Assembly: GCA_038087875.1 (NCBI GenBank) | Contig: CM075993.1 | Coordinates: 5,396,001 to 5,460,000 of the forward strand | Origin: Malacoraja senta | Taxonomy: Eukaryota | Reading direction: 5' to 3' | Length of the DNA stretch: 64,000 nucleotides | Shown: one piece after another, positions 1-12,612 of the stretch | Layout: each line of letters begins with the position of its first letter | How positions within the stretch are numbered: the stretch's first letter is position 1 | Made by a program: the position numbers and the translations under genes | The notes under the pieces: generated by a model | What the model saw: only the letters and a program-made list of their open reading frames with translations | Told to the model about the DNA's origin: nothing | Database searches by the model: none

Positions 1-160
1 CAATAGATAATAGACAATAGGTGCAGCAGTTGGCCATTTGGCCCTTCGAGCCAGCCTGATGTGTGGGATAGAACTAGTGTACGGAGTGGGCTGAAGAACT
101 CTCCAGGCTGTATCTCTAAAGTCTAAAGGATGCAAAGGTATTTGCTTTCCATTTTAATGG

Positions 161-487
161 CAATAGACAATAGGTGCAGGATTGGCCATTCGGCCCTTGG
201 AGCCAGCACCGCCATTCAATGTGATCATGGCTGATCATCCCCAATCAGTACCCCGTTCCTGCCTTCTCCCCATATCCCCTGACTCTGCTATCTTTAAGAG
301 CCCTATCTAGCTCTCTCTTGAAAGTATCCAGAGAACCGGCCTCCACCGCCCTCTGAGGCAGAGAATTCCACAGACTCACAGCTCTCTGTGAGAAATAGTG
401 TTTCCTCGTCTCCGTTCTAAATGGCCAACCCCTTATTCTTAAACTGTGTGGCCCCTGGTTCTGGACGCCCCCCAACATCGGGAACAC
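161..487 (-). mobile_element. CR1/HER1-type LINE 3' fragment
   Basis: ORF2 C-terminus (RGHSLRIRG...FSQRAVSLWNSLPQRAVEA...FKRELDRAL) plus 3' tail ending in CTATTGT repeats, shared with many copies in the window. Confidence 0.85.
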
Positions 488-1967
488 CCTTCTTCAGACT
501 CCACCCAACAGTTTCCTCCCACACATCACATATGACAAGCGTTTTGACAGCACTGGGCCTCTGCTTGCTGGGGTTTAGAAGGATGAGAGGAGGGGGGACG
601 GGGGGACCTCACTGAAACATACCAAATAGTGAAAGGCGGAGTAGACTTGATGGGCCGAATGGCCTAATTCCGCCCCTCTCACATATGAACCCCAAAAGCT
701 TAATAGGTAAATAAGTGGCTGTAAATTGTTCCTGAAGTCTAGAACAATGAGGCAAACAATCGAATAGGAGTTGAGAATAAATTACAAGGTTAGAAACAAA
801 GGAAATAGGTTCAGGAGGAGGCCATTCGGCCCTTCGAGCCAGCACTTGTGATCATGGCTGATCGTCCCCAATCAATAACCCGTGCCTGCCTTCTCCCCAT
901 ATCCCTTGATTCCACCAGCCCCTAGAGCTCCATCTAACTCTCTCTTAAATCCATCCAGTGACTTGGCCTCCATTGCCCTCTGTAACTAAACTGGTGGGAT
1001 TATTCTGTTAGATGGTCATAATTGACATGGCCTTTGGTTCTAGGCTCTCCCACTAGTGGACATCCTCTCCACATCCACTCTATCCAGGCCTTTCACTATT
1101 CGGTAAGTTTCAATGAGGTCCCCCCCCCCCCCCTCATCCTTCTAGACTCCAGCGAGTACAGCCTTGTATTGTAACCCTCTTGAAATAAATGCTGGCGTTG
1201 TGTCTGCTTTCCTTACTACTGATTTGACTTGCAGATTAACATTTTGGCAATCCTGCCCCAGCCCTCCCAAGTCCCTTTGCACCTCCGATTTCTGAATCCT
1301 CTCCCCATTTAGAAAACAGTCTGTGCCTTTATTCCCACTGACAGAACGCAGAACTCCGCCCTTTGCTGCACTATGCTCCATCCAGCATAGACACGATGGG
1401 CCGAATGGCCACGTGGTTTACAAGATGGAAATCCATCTCCCAGACTAGACGACGAGGCCTGGATTATATACTCTGAGAAAGGTGCCCTGGGGCCTGTGTT
1501 TGGTGCCTGCACCACGAACAAGCCTCAAGACTTGAAATCCATCTGCAAACTTTTCTTATTGAAGTTTAGGGAAATAAAGAGGAAACTTTTTAATCCCATT
1601 AAATTGTTCTGAGACATTCCATTAGCTGTCAGTTGCAAACACAAGGCACTGAGGTTGTGAGTGGTCTGTCCTGGCCTGAATCTTTCACGGAACGTACAGT
1701 TCCCAAGTAATTTGGTTGTGAGAGAATAATTGCAGGAGATGAGAAGATGCAGGTACATAATGTCCCTTGTTCCGTACCTGAACTGCCCCATTTTTATGGG
1801 AAATTCTGACAGCACTGCAATGTTTGAGATCAGTCACTACCAGCTCTCAGGGAGGGAGGAGGGGGGGGGGGCGTATCTGCATCGAGCAACAGAGTTTGCA
1901 CCAAGATACTTCCATCCGAGACAGTCCCATGAGTGGGCATCCTCCGGGGTTGTCTTCGAAGAAGGCA

Positions 1968-2423
1968 GCACGGTGGCGCAGCGGTAGAGTTGCTGCCTGT
2001 AGGGACTGTCCCACTTGGGCGTCATTTGCGCGTCACGCGCGGGTGGCGCGCGAAGATTTTGTACATCACAAAATCCTGGGACGCCGCACGCGACTGCCTA
2101 CGCCTCCACGCACGCGTCGTGCAAATGATGACGCGTGAATCACGCGCAAATGACGCTCCAAGTGGGACAGGCCCTGCGCAGCGCCGGAGACCCGGGTTCG
2201 CTCCCGACCGCGGGCGCTTGTCCGCGCGGAGTTTGTACGTTCTCCCCGCGACCTGCGTGGGTTTTCACCGAGTACCTCGGTTTCCTCCCACACCCCAAAG
2301 ACTTGCAGGTTTGAAGGTTAATCGGCTTGGTCCAGCTGTAAGAGTGTTCATGTGCGGGGATCACTGGTCAGCGTGGACTCGGTGAGCTGAAGGGCCACCT
2401 TCCGTGCTGTATCTCTAAACTAA
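1968..2423 (+). mobile_element. HE1/V-SINE-type tRNA-derived SINE interrupted by a MITE
   Basis: A-box GGTGGCGCAGCGGTAG, B-box-like GGGTTCG, V-domain-like TGCGTGGGTTTTC...GGTTTCCTCCCACA and CR1-like tail ending TATCTCTAAACTAA. Confidence 0.8.
2001..2175. mobile_element. Palindromic MITE (CTGTCCCACT terminus family, PIF/Harbinger-like)
   Basis: TIRs AGGGACTGTCCCACTTGGGCGTCATTTGCGCGT / ACGCGCAAATGACGCTCCAAGTGGGACAGGCCCT; splits the SINE head. Confidence 0.75.
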
Positions 2424-2497
2424 TCAGGCAACAGGTACGGAAAAAGTGTGAAAACGCACACCTCCAGATTCAGGGTCAGTTTCTTCCCAGCTGTTAT

Positions 2498-2887
2498 CAA
2501 AGATCCTACAGCGAGCAAGATCGTCCACTCGACGAAAAAGACGTAGTACGGTCACGGGCAGATTCATGGGTAATTTTCGGCCCCATTTCCGTAACCGGCT
2601 TCCGTCTCCGCACCAAAGATCCCGTCATAGCGGAGCAAAGATAACTAGTGCGGAGACGGAAGCCGGTTACGGAAACATCCTCGTAAAAATCAAAGATATT
2701 TGGGAAAAATCTTCTGCTCATTTTCAGAATTATAATTTATTAACACAAACTGTTCCCCCGCAACATTGATTACACTGCGGGTCGGGTCGGGTCCGGTTAC
2801 TGAAATGGATGAAAAAAAGGCCCAGGTTCCGTTCCGTTGCGTACTACACGTCAGCCCATTGCATTTAGAAGGAGAGGTCTATCTTTG
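2498..2887. mobile_element. Non-autonomous DNA transposon with 8-bp TSD (hAT-like)
   Basis: Termini CAAAGAT...ATCTTTG flanked by GCTGTTAT at 2490-2497 and 2888-2895; inserted in a Rex1 3' end. Confidence 0.75.
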
Positions 2888-3758
2888 GCTGTTATCAGGC
2901 AACTGAACCATCCTACCACAACCAGAGAGCAGTGCTGAACTACTAACTACCTCTTTGGTGACCCTCAGACTATCCCTGATCTGACTATACTGGCTTTACC
3001 TTGCACTTATTCCCTTATGTATCTGTACACTGTAAATGGCTCGATTGTAATCTGGTATTGAGCTTCTCCTGACTGGTTAGCACGCAACAAAAGCTTTTCA
3101 CTGTACCTCGATACACGTGACAATAAACTGAACCGTCAGCGAGAGCATTTCATATCTCTAGTTTCCCTTCCCATGACTCAAAGTCTGAAGAATGGTCTCG
3201 ACCTGAAACGTCACCTATTCCTTTTTATCCAGCTGAGTTACTCCTGCATTTTGCATCTATCTTGGACCTGACACGTTGACTCAGGTTCTCTCTCCATAGA
3301 TGCTGCCCGACCCGTCGAGTGCTCTCGGCATTTGCTGTTCCCATCTGCAACTTTTGCTCATTTTTATTTCAGATTGGCAGCAGCTGTGGGTTTTTGTTCC
3401 GTGCTTCAGAAGGCAGCGGCTGTCCTTGTTGGATACTCCCCACGCTGAGTCTGGGCTCCCACCGATCGCTGGGCAGACCAAGCCTTGCCATCTCTGGGCT
3501 CTCCCACTCTGAGCGACCTCTCACCTTGCGCCGCCCCTGACTCCGAGCCGAGACCACCTAGGCCCAACGCCCGCCCTGACCAACTCTGCGCACCTTGCCA
3601 CCACCCGCTGTGTGACTTTAATTTAGAGATACAGCGCGGAAACAGGCCCTTCGGCCCACCGAGTCCGTGCCGACCAGCGATCCCCGCACATTAACACTAT
3701 CCCACACACTCTGCAGGGACTATTTACAATTTTTACCTCAGCCAATTAATCTACAAGT

Positions 3759-3786
3759 CTGAAGAAGGGTCTCGACCCGAAACGTC
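3759..3786 (+). ncRNA. Minimal hammerhead ribozyme motif (Penelope pLTR)
   Basis: CTGAAGA-A-GGGT-CTCG-ACCC-GAAA-CG-TC. Confidence 0.65.
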
Positions 3787-4113
3787 ACCCATTCCTTCTC
3801 TCCCATAGATGGTTTAAGGTGAAGGGGTAAGATATGAAGGGAATCTGAGGGGTAACTTTACCACGCCTAGGGTGGAACGAGCGGCCGGAGGAGGTAGTTG
3901 AGGCAGGGACTATCACAATGTTTAAGAAGCAATTAGGCAGATACATGGATAGGACAGATTTGGGCAAGTTGGGCTGAAGGGCCTGTTTCCACGTGGTATG
4001 GCTGAATAACTCAATGAATCTGTCACCCGCATTTCTGGAGTATTCACCCATGCCCTCTGGTCCTCGATTCCCAGACCCTGGGCAAGAGATTCTGGATGTC
4101 CACCCGAACTAAT

Positions 4114-4556
4114 CCTCTCGTCCGCCCGATCTATTCCTCTCACGGTTTTACACACCCTGTCCTCACTCCCAGCGTATCACGCAAGGTACAGAGGGGGGAG
4201 GAGGGTCGGGAGGGAGGTCTCCCTGCCCTGGGCCCGGCCAAGATGGCCATTCGCCGGTCCAGCCAGCGGGCGGTCGACGGCCGCACAGCGGTCGGCTGCC
4301 CGCCCCTTGTCCGGGGTTACATCCATGCCCGCGTGTCCCTGGAGCGGGAACACACACGCACGCGGTGTCCACGGGGACTCTGGAGGCCTTCCGCCAACGC
4401 TGGCCGCCGAATGTATCGTTGATAAAATTGTTATTAAATTATTTTAATTTGATAACTTTGTTCGTAAACTGCCGATATAGGCATTCTTTGATCGTGTTAC
4501 CCATCTGTATTTTTTGTTTGTTTTGAATAAAAGCATTTTGCATTGTAAAAAAAAAA
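4114..4556 (+). mobile_element. L1-Tx1 clade LINE 3' fragment
   Basis: Degenerate Tx1-type ORF2 end (AKMAIRRSSQRAVDG...RGYIHARVSLEREH...TLEAFRQRW), then T-rich UTR, AATAAA and an A tail. Confidence 0.65.
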
Positions 4557-6359
4557 TGTCTGGGCCCAAGGTCTGGGATGAATCTAATGGCACGTTCAAA
4601 CAGCTGATCAATGTTCTATTTTATTCATTGTTTTATTGATTTTATATGGATGGGGAGAGAAATGAAGCAGGTTTATCAACACTTTTAAAATCTTTCTTTT
4701 TTTTCAGTTTTTTATTTTTTATTTCTTTAAGTTCTTCCTCACTCTTCGACGACACTCATTTGGTAGTTAAGGGGTTCTAATCTTACACATTCACTTTCTC
4801 TTTCACTTTCTTTCTTGCTCTTTCTCTCTTTTTCTATTTCATCTTTGTTAAAATTAAAATGGAAGCGGCACAATGAAAGTATTATGTCATATGCCGCGGT
4901 TTATACTTTTGTACACTGCTTGTAATAAAAATATATTTTTTTAAATATAAATAATTTTATAAATCCAGAAATCCGAACCCTGTCCGGATTAGATCCAAGG
5001 TCACCACAGCACTTGCCCTCCCGCCATCCAGAATAATGATCAGCCGTGTACGACTGGCAAACCAAGAGGGCCGCTGCCGTTTATCGTACGCGCCACAGTG
5101 CAATAGCCAGTAAATCATCTGTGCTAATTGAATGGTGGCGCGCGGCAGGGCAGTCAACACGGCAATTTAGCAGGAGTTGTTGAACCACATTACCGAGGCG
5201 GCTCTTGGGGATTCAGTCGCCCACTAATGGACTCGCTGGGCAGGGATAGTAATAAACGGCTTCTCGTTCCACGTGTGTATGAAGGAACTGCGGACACTGG
5301 TTTACCCCGAAGACCGGCGCAAAATGCTGGAGTCACTCAGCCGGGCAGGCAGCGTCTCTGGAGAGAAGGTATGGGTGACTTTTCGGGGGAGAAGGCAGGA
5401 GAACGGGGGTTTGGAGGGAGAGACAGATCAGCCATGATTGAATGGCGGAGTAGACTTGATGGGCCGAATGGCCTAATTCTACTCCTATCACTTACGACCT
5501 TATAAACAGTCCACCAACCACCCTGGCAACACGGCATTCCTGCTGGGTTGTCCAACAGCCACGGACAATCCGCATTCCGTGACCCACGGACAAGTTATTT
5601 CATGAATTTGGGTTGTGCATTCCTCGTTCTCCCGGAAGGTCGTAGCTGGGGTAACGTTGCCCGATCGACAGACTGCCCGGTACTGGTGTGGCCAGTCCCT
5701 GGTGGCCAGAGGACAGAATGGCCTACTCCTGCACCTATTTCTATCTGTACGCTGTAAGCGGACCGGTTGTAATCATGTATTGTCTTTCCGCTGGCTGGCT
5801 AGCGTGCAACAAATGCTGTCCGCTGTACCTTGGTGCGCGAGACGATAAACTGAACCGAGAGGAGCTTACACCCTCTGGCAATTCGCCCCACCGGCCTCGA
5901 CACGGGGCTGCCGGCGTCCCAGAAGCGCGCCGACATTTTCAGCGCCTTCCCCGCACGGGGAAGTCCGCCTCGCCAGCGACACCACGGGGGGAACCGTCCG
6001 CAGATCAAAGCCAGCGGCGGAAAAATCCACGAGCTGCCCTTCGCCGTTCTCAGGCGGTGACGATTTCAAAGGGAACCTCCTGAGAGGCCTCGTTGCCCAA
6101 TGCTGTTAGCTGGGGAACCAAACCAAAGCCAGATGTGGCTGCAAATCCTTTCCCCCTTCCCCTGGCCCCCTGGAGTTGCTGGCACGGCAACGCAAGCGGC
6201 CGGCCCGAGGCACAAAGGGATCGCTGCCTCTCGAGCAAGACCAGGGCTCGGTGTGGGAAGGAACTGCAGATGCTGGTTTAATTCGATGATAAGACACATA
6301 ACGCTGGAGTAACTCAGCCAGCATTTCTGGAGAGGAGTGGGTGACGTTTTTCGGGTCAT

Positions 6360-6780
6360 AGGAGTCGTAGATTGATACAGTGTAGAAACATTCCCTTCGG
6401 CCCAACTTGTCCACACCGGCCAACAATGTCCCAGCTACCTTAGTCCCACCTGCCTGAGCTTGGTCCATATCTCTCCAAACCTGTCCTATCCATGTACCTG
6501 TCCAACTGCTTCTTAAACGATGGGATAGTCCCAGCCTCAACTACCTCCTCTGGCAGCTTGTTCCATACACCCACCACCCTCTGTGTGAAAAAGTTACCCG
6601 TGTGAAAAAGTTACCCGTTGGATTCCTACTAAATCTTTTCCCCTTCACCTTGAACCTATGTCCACTGGTCCTCGATTCCCCTACTCTGGGTAAAAGACTC
6701 TACCCGATCTATACCTCTCATGATTCTGTACACCTCTATAAGATCTCCCCTCATCCTCCTGCGCTCCATGGAATAGACCC
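6360..6780 (-). mobile_element. CR1 LINE 3' fragment (second subfamily)
   Basis: Reverse-strand CR1 end (GTGTATGGAACAAGCTGCCAGAGGAGGTAGTTGAGG...GGGCCGAAGGG); about 19-bp internal tandem duplication near 6583-6620. Confidence 0.7.
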
Positions 6781-7445
6781 TTCTTCAGATACAAGGTAGT
6801 CAAAAATGCTGGAGAAACTCAGCGGGTGAGGCAGCATCTATGGAGAGAAGGAATAGGTGACGTTTCGGGTCGAGTCTCGACCCGAATCGTCGTCACCTAT
6901 CCCTTAGATGCTGCCTCACCCGCTGAGTTCCTCCAGCATTTTTGTCTACCCTCGATTTTTCCAGCATCTGCAGTTCTTTCTCAAACACCTCTTCAGATAC
7001 AGTTCTGCTCTGCTCAGTTCAGTTTATTGTCATGCGTACCGAGGTACAGGGAAAAGCTTTTCAGCCGAAATACTCCGACGACCCGCTCTGCAACTCTAGA
7101 GGGTGTTGGCATATATAAGCCGAGCCTTCCCCTCTGGCCATCCCGACAAGTTCAACTCGATTCCCTGCTGTGGCCAGAGATTCATACAGCGTGGAAACAG
7201 ACCCTTCGGCCCAACTTGCCCACACCGACCCACGTGTCCCATCTAACTAGTCGCACCTGCCTGCGCTTGGCCCATACCTCTCGAAACCCATCTATACATG
7301 TACCGGTCAAGTCAGGAGAGTTTTATTGTCATGTGTCCCAGATAGGACAATGACATTCTTCCTTGCTGCAGCACAACAGAATATTGTAGGCATAAATACA
7401 GATCAGATCAGTGTGTCTATATACCATAGAATATATATATATATG

Positions 7446-7782
7446 TTAAGGAGGACTCTCTCTAACTTCTACAGGTGCACAGTAGAGAGCATGCTGACCG
7501 GTTGCATCGTGGCCTGGTTCAGCAACCCGAGCGTCCTGGAGCGGAAAAGGCTGCAAAAAGTAGTAAACACTGCCCGGTCCATCATCGGCTCTGACCTCCC
7601 TTCCATCGAGGGGATCTATCGCAGTCGCTGCCTCAAAAAGGCTGGCAGTATCATCAAGGACCCACACCATCCTGGCCACACACTCATCTCCCCCGCTACC
7701 TTCAGGTGGAAGGTACAGGAGCCTGAAGACTGCAACATCCAGGTTCAGGAATAGCTACTTCCCCACAGCCATCAGGCTATTA
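7446..7782 (+). mobile_element. Rex1/Babar LINE RT C-terminal fragment
   Basis: FYRCTVESMLTGCIVAWF...LQKVVNTARSIIGSDLPSIEGIYRSRCLKKAGSIIKDPHHPGH; preceded by an inverted Rex1 3' tail at about 7306-7445. Confidence 0.8.
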
Positions 7783-8158
7783 TACGTGTAGGAAAGAACT
7801 GCAGATGCTGGTTTAAATCAAAGGTAGACACAAAGTGCTGGAGTAACATCAGCGGGACAGGCAGCATCTCTGGAGAGAAGGAATGGGTGACCTTTCGGGT
7901 CCTTCTCTCCAGAGATGCTGCCTGTCCCGCTGAGTTACTCCAGCGTTTCGTTACCGCATGGATATCCGGGAGAGATTACGGGGCCAGTAATCTGATCGCA
8001 GGAACTGAACAAGCGGCACATCAACACCAAGATGACATAAGTGAAACTTGTGAACAGGTCGGGACGTTATGGGTTACAACAGATGTTTCCTCGCTCACGT
8101 GAGACTCTGGACTGTGCTCAGGGCAAACCTCTTGCTGAGAACAGATATCACCCAACTA

Positions 8159-9322
8159 CAGTGCCCTCCATAATGTTTGGGACAAAGACCCGTCATTTAT
8201 TTATTTCCCTCTGTACTCCACAATTTGAGATTTGTAATAGAAAAAAATCACATGTGGTTAAAGTGCACATTGTCAGATTTTATTAATGGCCATTTTTATA
8301 CATTTTGGTTTCACCATGTAGAAATTACAGCTGTGTTTATACATAGTCCCCCCCATTTCAGGGCACCATAATGTTTGGGACACAGGTGTTTGTAATTGCT
8401 CAGGTGTGTTTAAATGCCTCCTTAATGCAGGTAAAAGAGAGCTCTCAGCACCTAGTCTTTCCTCCAGTCTTTCCATCACCTTTGGAAACTTTTATTGCTG
8501 TTTATCAACGTAAGGACCAAAGTTGTGCCAATGAAAGTCAAAGAAGCCATTATGAGACTGAGAAACAAGAATAAAACTGTTAGAGACATCAGTCAAACCT
8601 TAGGCTTGCCAACATCAACTGTTTGGAACATCATTAAGAAGAAAGAGAACACCGGTGAGCTTACTAATCACAAAGGGACTGGCAGGCCAAGGAAGACCTC
8701 CACAGCTGATGACAGAAGAATTCTCTCTATAATAAAGACAAATCCACAAACACCTGTCCGACAGATCAGAAACACTCTTCAGGAGTCAGGTGTGGATTTG
8801 TTAATGACCACTGTCTGCAGAAGACTTCACAAACAGAAATACAGTGGCTACACTGCAAGATTAGCACTGGTTTTAGCTGCAAAAATAGGATGGCCAGGTT
8901 ACAGTTTGCCAAGAAATACTTAAAAGAGCAACCACAGTTCTGGAAAAAAGGTCTTGTGGACAGATGAGACGAAGATTAACTTGTATCAGAGTGATGGCAA
9001 GAGCAAAGTATGGAGGAGAGAAGGAACTGCCCAAGATCCAAAGCATACCACCTCATCTGTGAAACACGGTGGTGGGGGTGTTATGGCCTGGGCCTGTATG
9101 GCTCTGAAGGTACTGGCTCACTGAAATGGGGGACTATGTATAAACACTGCTGTCATTTCTACACGGTGAAACCAAAATGTATAAAAATGGTCTTTAATAA
9201 AATCTGACAATGTGCACTTTAACCACATGTGATTTTTTTTCTATTACAAATCTCAAATTGAGGATTACAGAGGCAAATAAATAAATGATGGGTCTTTGTC
9301 CCAAACGTTATGGAGGGCACTG
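8159..9322 (+). mobile_element. Tc1-family IR/DR DNA transposon, internally deleted
   Basis: About 200-bp TIRs CAGTGCCCTCCATAA...TTATGGAGGGCACTG, TA on the left side, inner direct repeat CCATAATGTTTGGGACA near 8366. Confidence 0.92.
8510..9120 (+). pseudogene. Tc1 transposase pseudogene (frameshifted, 3'-truncated)
   Basis: HTH region, GRPRKT motif, VLWTDETKINLYQSDG, SVKHGGGGVMAWACM; ends before the D34E region. Confidence 0.9.
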
Positions 9323-9402
9323 GACATCAAAGGCAGGTTGAGCATCAGATGATCTGTGGTCAGCATCTGTTGTGGCCTGGTCCACTTCCACATCCCTCAA
9401 CC

Positions 9403-9645
9403 TAGGGTTGCCAACTTCCCCACTCCCAAATAAGGGACAAACGGACAATATGAGGGACAAATTCCCGACGGCAATTGGTTGACCGACTCGGCCGTGGCTG
9501 GGTGGGTGAATGATGAGTTGGCCCCGGGGTGCTGGACTGCACACAAGGCCCAGCCGGCGGGCCAGCTGAGGAGTTCTGGCCCGGGCCGCGCGCAAAGCCC
9601 ATCCCAACTCGTGAACCGATGATCGGCTGTGAGAAGGAGGGGTGG
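9403..9645. mobile_element. Truncated hAT-like MITE (TAGGGTTGCCAAC family)
   Basis: Close match to the left half of the element at 54236-54756. Confidence 0.7.
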
Positions 9646-10014
9646 TGCCTGTCTCAGCATTTTTGTGCCTCTTCCTACGGGTCGCGATTGGAAACAGAAG
9701 ACTCTATAATCATGTTTCTCATGCACTGAAATGTCTCGTGACTGCACCCCAAACACAACTAGCTACCTCACAACCCGATCAACCCAATGAGAAACAACAT
9801 AGTGGTTAAGGGGCACGATGATGTAAGGATGGAGTTACTTTAGAGAGACAGCACAGAAACAGGCCCTTCGGCCCACCGGGTCCGTGCCAACCAGCGGTCC
9901 ATGGACATTTGTCCCTGGTTCTTGTCCCTGGACAAGAATAAGGGGTGGGCCCTTTTGAACGGAGACGAGGAAACACTTTTTCACCCGGAGAATTGTGAGT
10001 CTGTGGTGGTATTA

Positions 10015-10395
10015 GTGTTTGAAACATATAAGATTATTAAGGGTTTGGACACGCTAGAGGCAGGAAACATGTTCCCGATGTTGGGGGAGTCCAGAACCAG
10101 GGGCCACAGTTTAAGAATAAGGGGTGGGCCATTTACAACGGAGGTGAGGAAAACTTTTTCTCCCAGAGAGTTGTGAGTCTGTGGGATTCTCTGCCTCAGA
10201 AGGCGGTGGAGGCCAATTCTCTGGATGCTTTCAAGAGAGTTAGATAGAGCTCTTAAAGATAGCGGAGTCAGGGGATATGGGGAGAAGGCAGGAACGGGGT
10301 ACTGATTGGGGATGATCAGCCATGATCACATTGAATGGCGGTGCTGGCTCGAAGGGCCGAATGGCCTACTCCTGCACCTATTGTCTAGTGTCTAT
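10015..10395 (+). mobile_element. CR1/HER1 LINE 3' fragment
   Basis: ETYKIIKGLDTLEAGNMFPMLGESRTRGHSLRIRG plus 3' tail. Confidence 0.85.
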
Positions 10396-11449
10396 TCTAA
10401 CACTATCCTACACACACACTAGGGTCAATTTACCATTTTGCCTACAAACCTGAACGTCTCTGGAGTGTGGGAGGAAACCGCAGCACCCGGCGGAAACCCA
10501 CGCAGGTCACGTGCAAACTCCGTACAGACAGCACCCGTAGTCGGGATCGAACCCGGGTGGGTCTCTGGCGCTGTGAGACAGCAACTCCGCAGCACCATCC
10601 GGTGTTTACATAGTTCCATGTTGACATCTCCCCAGTGCTGCTGCAAGGAAGAATCTCATCGTTCCGTTTTGGGACGGGTGCCAATAAAACACTCTTCGAC
10701 TCTTTGACAGGCGGCATCTCTGGAGAGAAGGAATGGGTGACGTTTCGGGTCTTACGACCCGAAACGCCACCCATTCCTTCTCTCCAGAGGTGCCGCCTGT
10801 CCCCGCTGAGTGACTCCAGTCCATCTTCGGAGCAAACCAGCGTCGGCGGTCCCGTCCCGCGCGATTACGGCCGACAGTCAGTTGGCCCCCCCCCCTCTCT
10901 CCGCCCCACATATCTCACTCACACACTGAGGGGGGGAAGAAAAAACGAGCAGGAGTCCTCCACAATGCTTCTCAACAGCAGAGTGAAGTCAGAACAATCC
11001 CCGAGGCCCAATATATCACCAAGGAGAAGCCATCTTTTATTGCACATGAGCGTTCCAAATACAAGCGGAGCTAATCGAGAAATTATTTATTTCCTTATCC
11101 TGGGCTGTGACAATACGCAGAAGAGATTGCCGCTATACTCCTTATAAGTGTATAGTGTGATGGGTGGTCATGTGTTTAGGGTGAGGAATAGACTGTACCA
11201 CTGTATATATTTATAGACCGTCTATTTACATTCAGAGTCACTGGATGGAGGAATGAAAGGCATCGACGTTCTTCCACTTCATTGAATTTCCTAACAAGGA
11301 ATCTCTCCCATAGGAACAATCCACGGCTGTTGCATCAGTGGTCGCGGGCCAGATTCCGGGGCAGATGCCACCACCGAGCAATGTGGTGGGGTGGGACCCT
11401 GCCGCACAGCACCGACACTGCCCTGTGGACCAGCCCCAGCCCCAACATC

Positions 11450-12475
11450 TCACACACACTTGTACACATATACATACACGCACACATATACATGTACACA
11501 CATACACACACACTGGTATACACACACACTTGTACACACACTCACTTGTATACATACACACATGCACACGTATACATGTACACACTTATACACACACACT
11601 TCTATACACATACACACTTGTATATATATACACGCACACGCATACATGTACACACATACACTTGTATAAATACACACACACACTTGTATACAAACACACA
11701 CACGCGCACACTTGTATACATGTACACACTTATACACACACACTTGTTTACATACACACATACACACACACTTGTACACATTTATACACACACGCACACT
11801 TGGATATACACACTTGTACACACTTATATGTACACATGTACACACATACACACACACACTTGTATAAATACACACACACACTGGTATACACACACACACA
11901 CTTGTACACACACTCACGTGTACACATACACACATGCACACGTATACATGTACACACTTATACACACACACTTCTATACACATACACACACTTGTATACA
12001 TATACACGCACACACACACTTGTACACACTTATACACACACACTTGTAGACATGTACACACTTATACACACTTGTATACGCATACACACACGCACACACT
12101 TGTATACACGTTCACACACTCTTACATACACAGCCACACTCACACACACTTTCTACACATACACACTTATATAGACGGGCACACATATACACAGTTTGTA
12201 TACACACATATACAGTCTTGTATACACACACATTTATATACATATATTTGTATACACACATATACACATGTGTATGCACACACACACGTGTATAAACATG
12301 TACACATTTGTATACTCATGTACACATGTATACACGCACACTTGTACGTACATGTACACACACAAATATTTGTAGACATGTATACACACACCTTGTATAC
12401 ACACACACTTGTATATACACACACTTGTAAACACATACAGTTGCAAATATGCACACGCACACATATACACACCTG
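11450..12475. repeat. Cryptic CA/TACA-rich minisatellite
   Basis: Recurrent CACACACTTGTA(T/C)ACA motifs; source of the His/Thr/Tyr and Cys/Val pseudo-ORFs. Confidence 0.9.
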
Positions 12476-12542
12476 TATTTACCCACAGAATAGCACATAT
12501 GCAGGGGAGAGGGTGGAAGGCTGAGCAGAGACGGATGTTAGC

Positions 12543-12544
<2 letters not shown>

Positions 12545-12612
<68 letters not shown>
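12545..12612. repeat. (TG)n microsatellite
   Basis: Seen directly. Confidence 0.95.
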
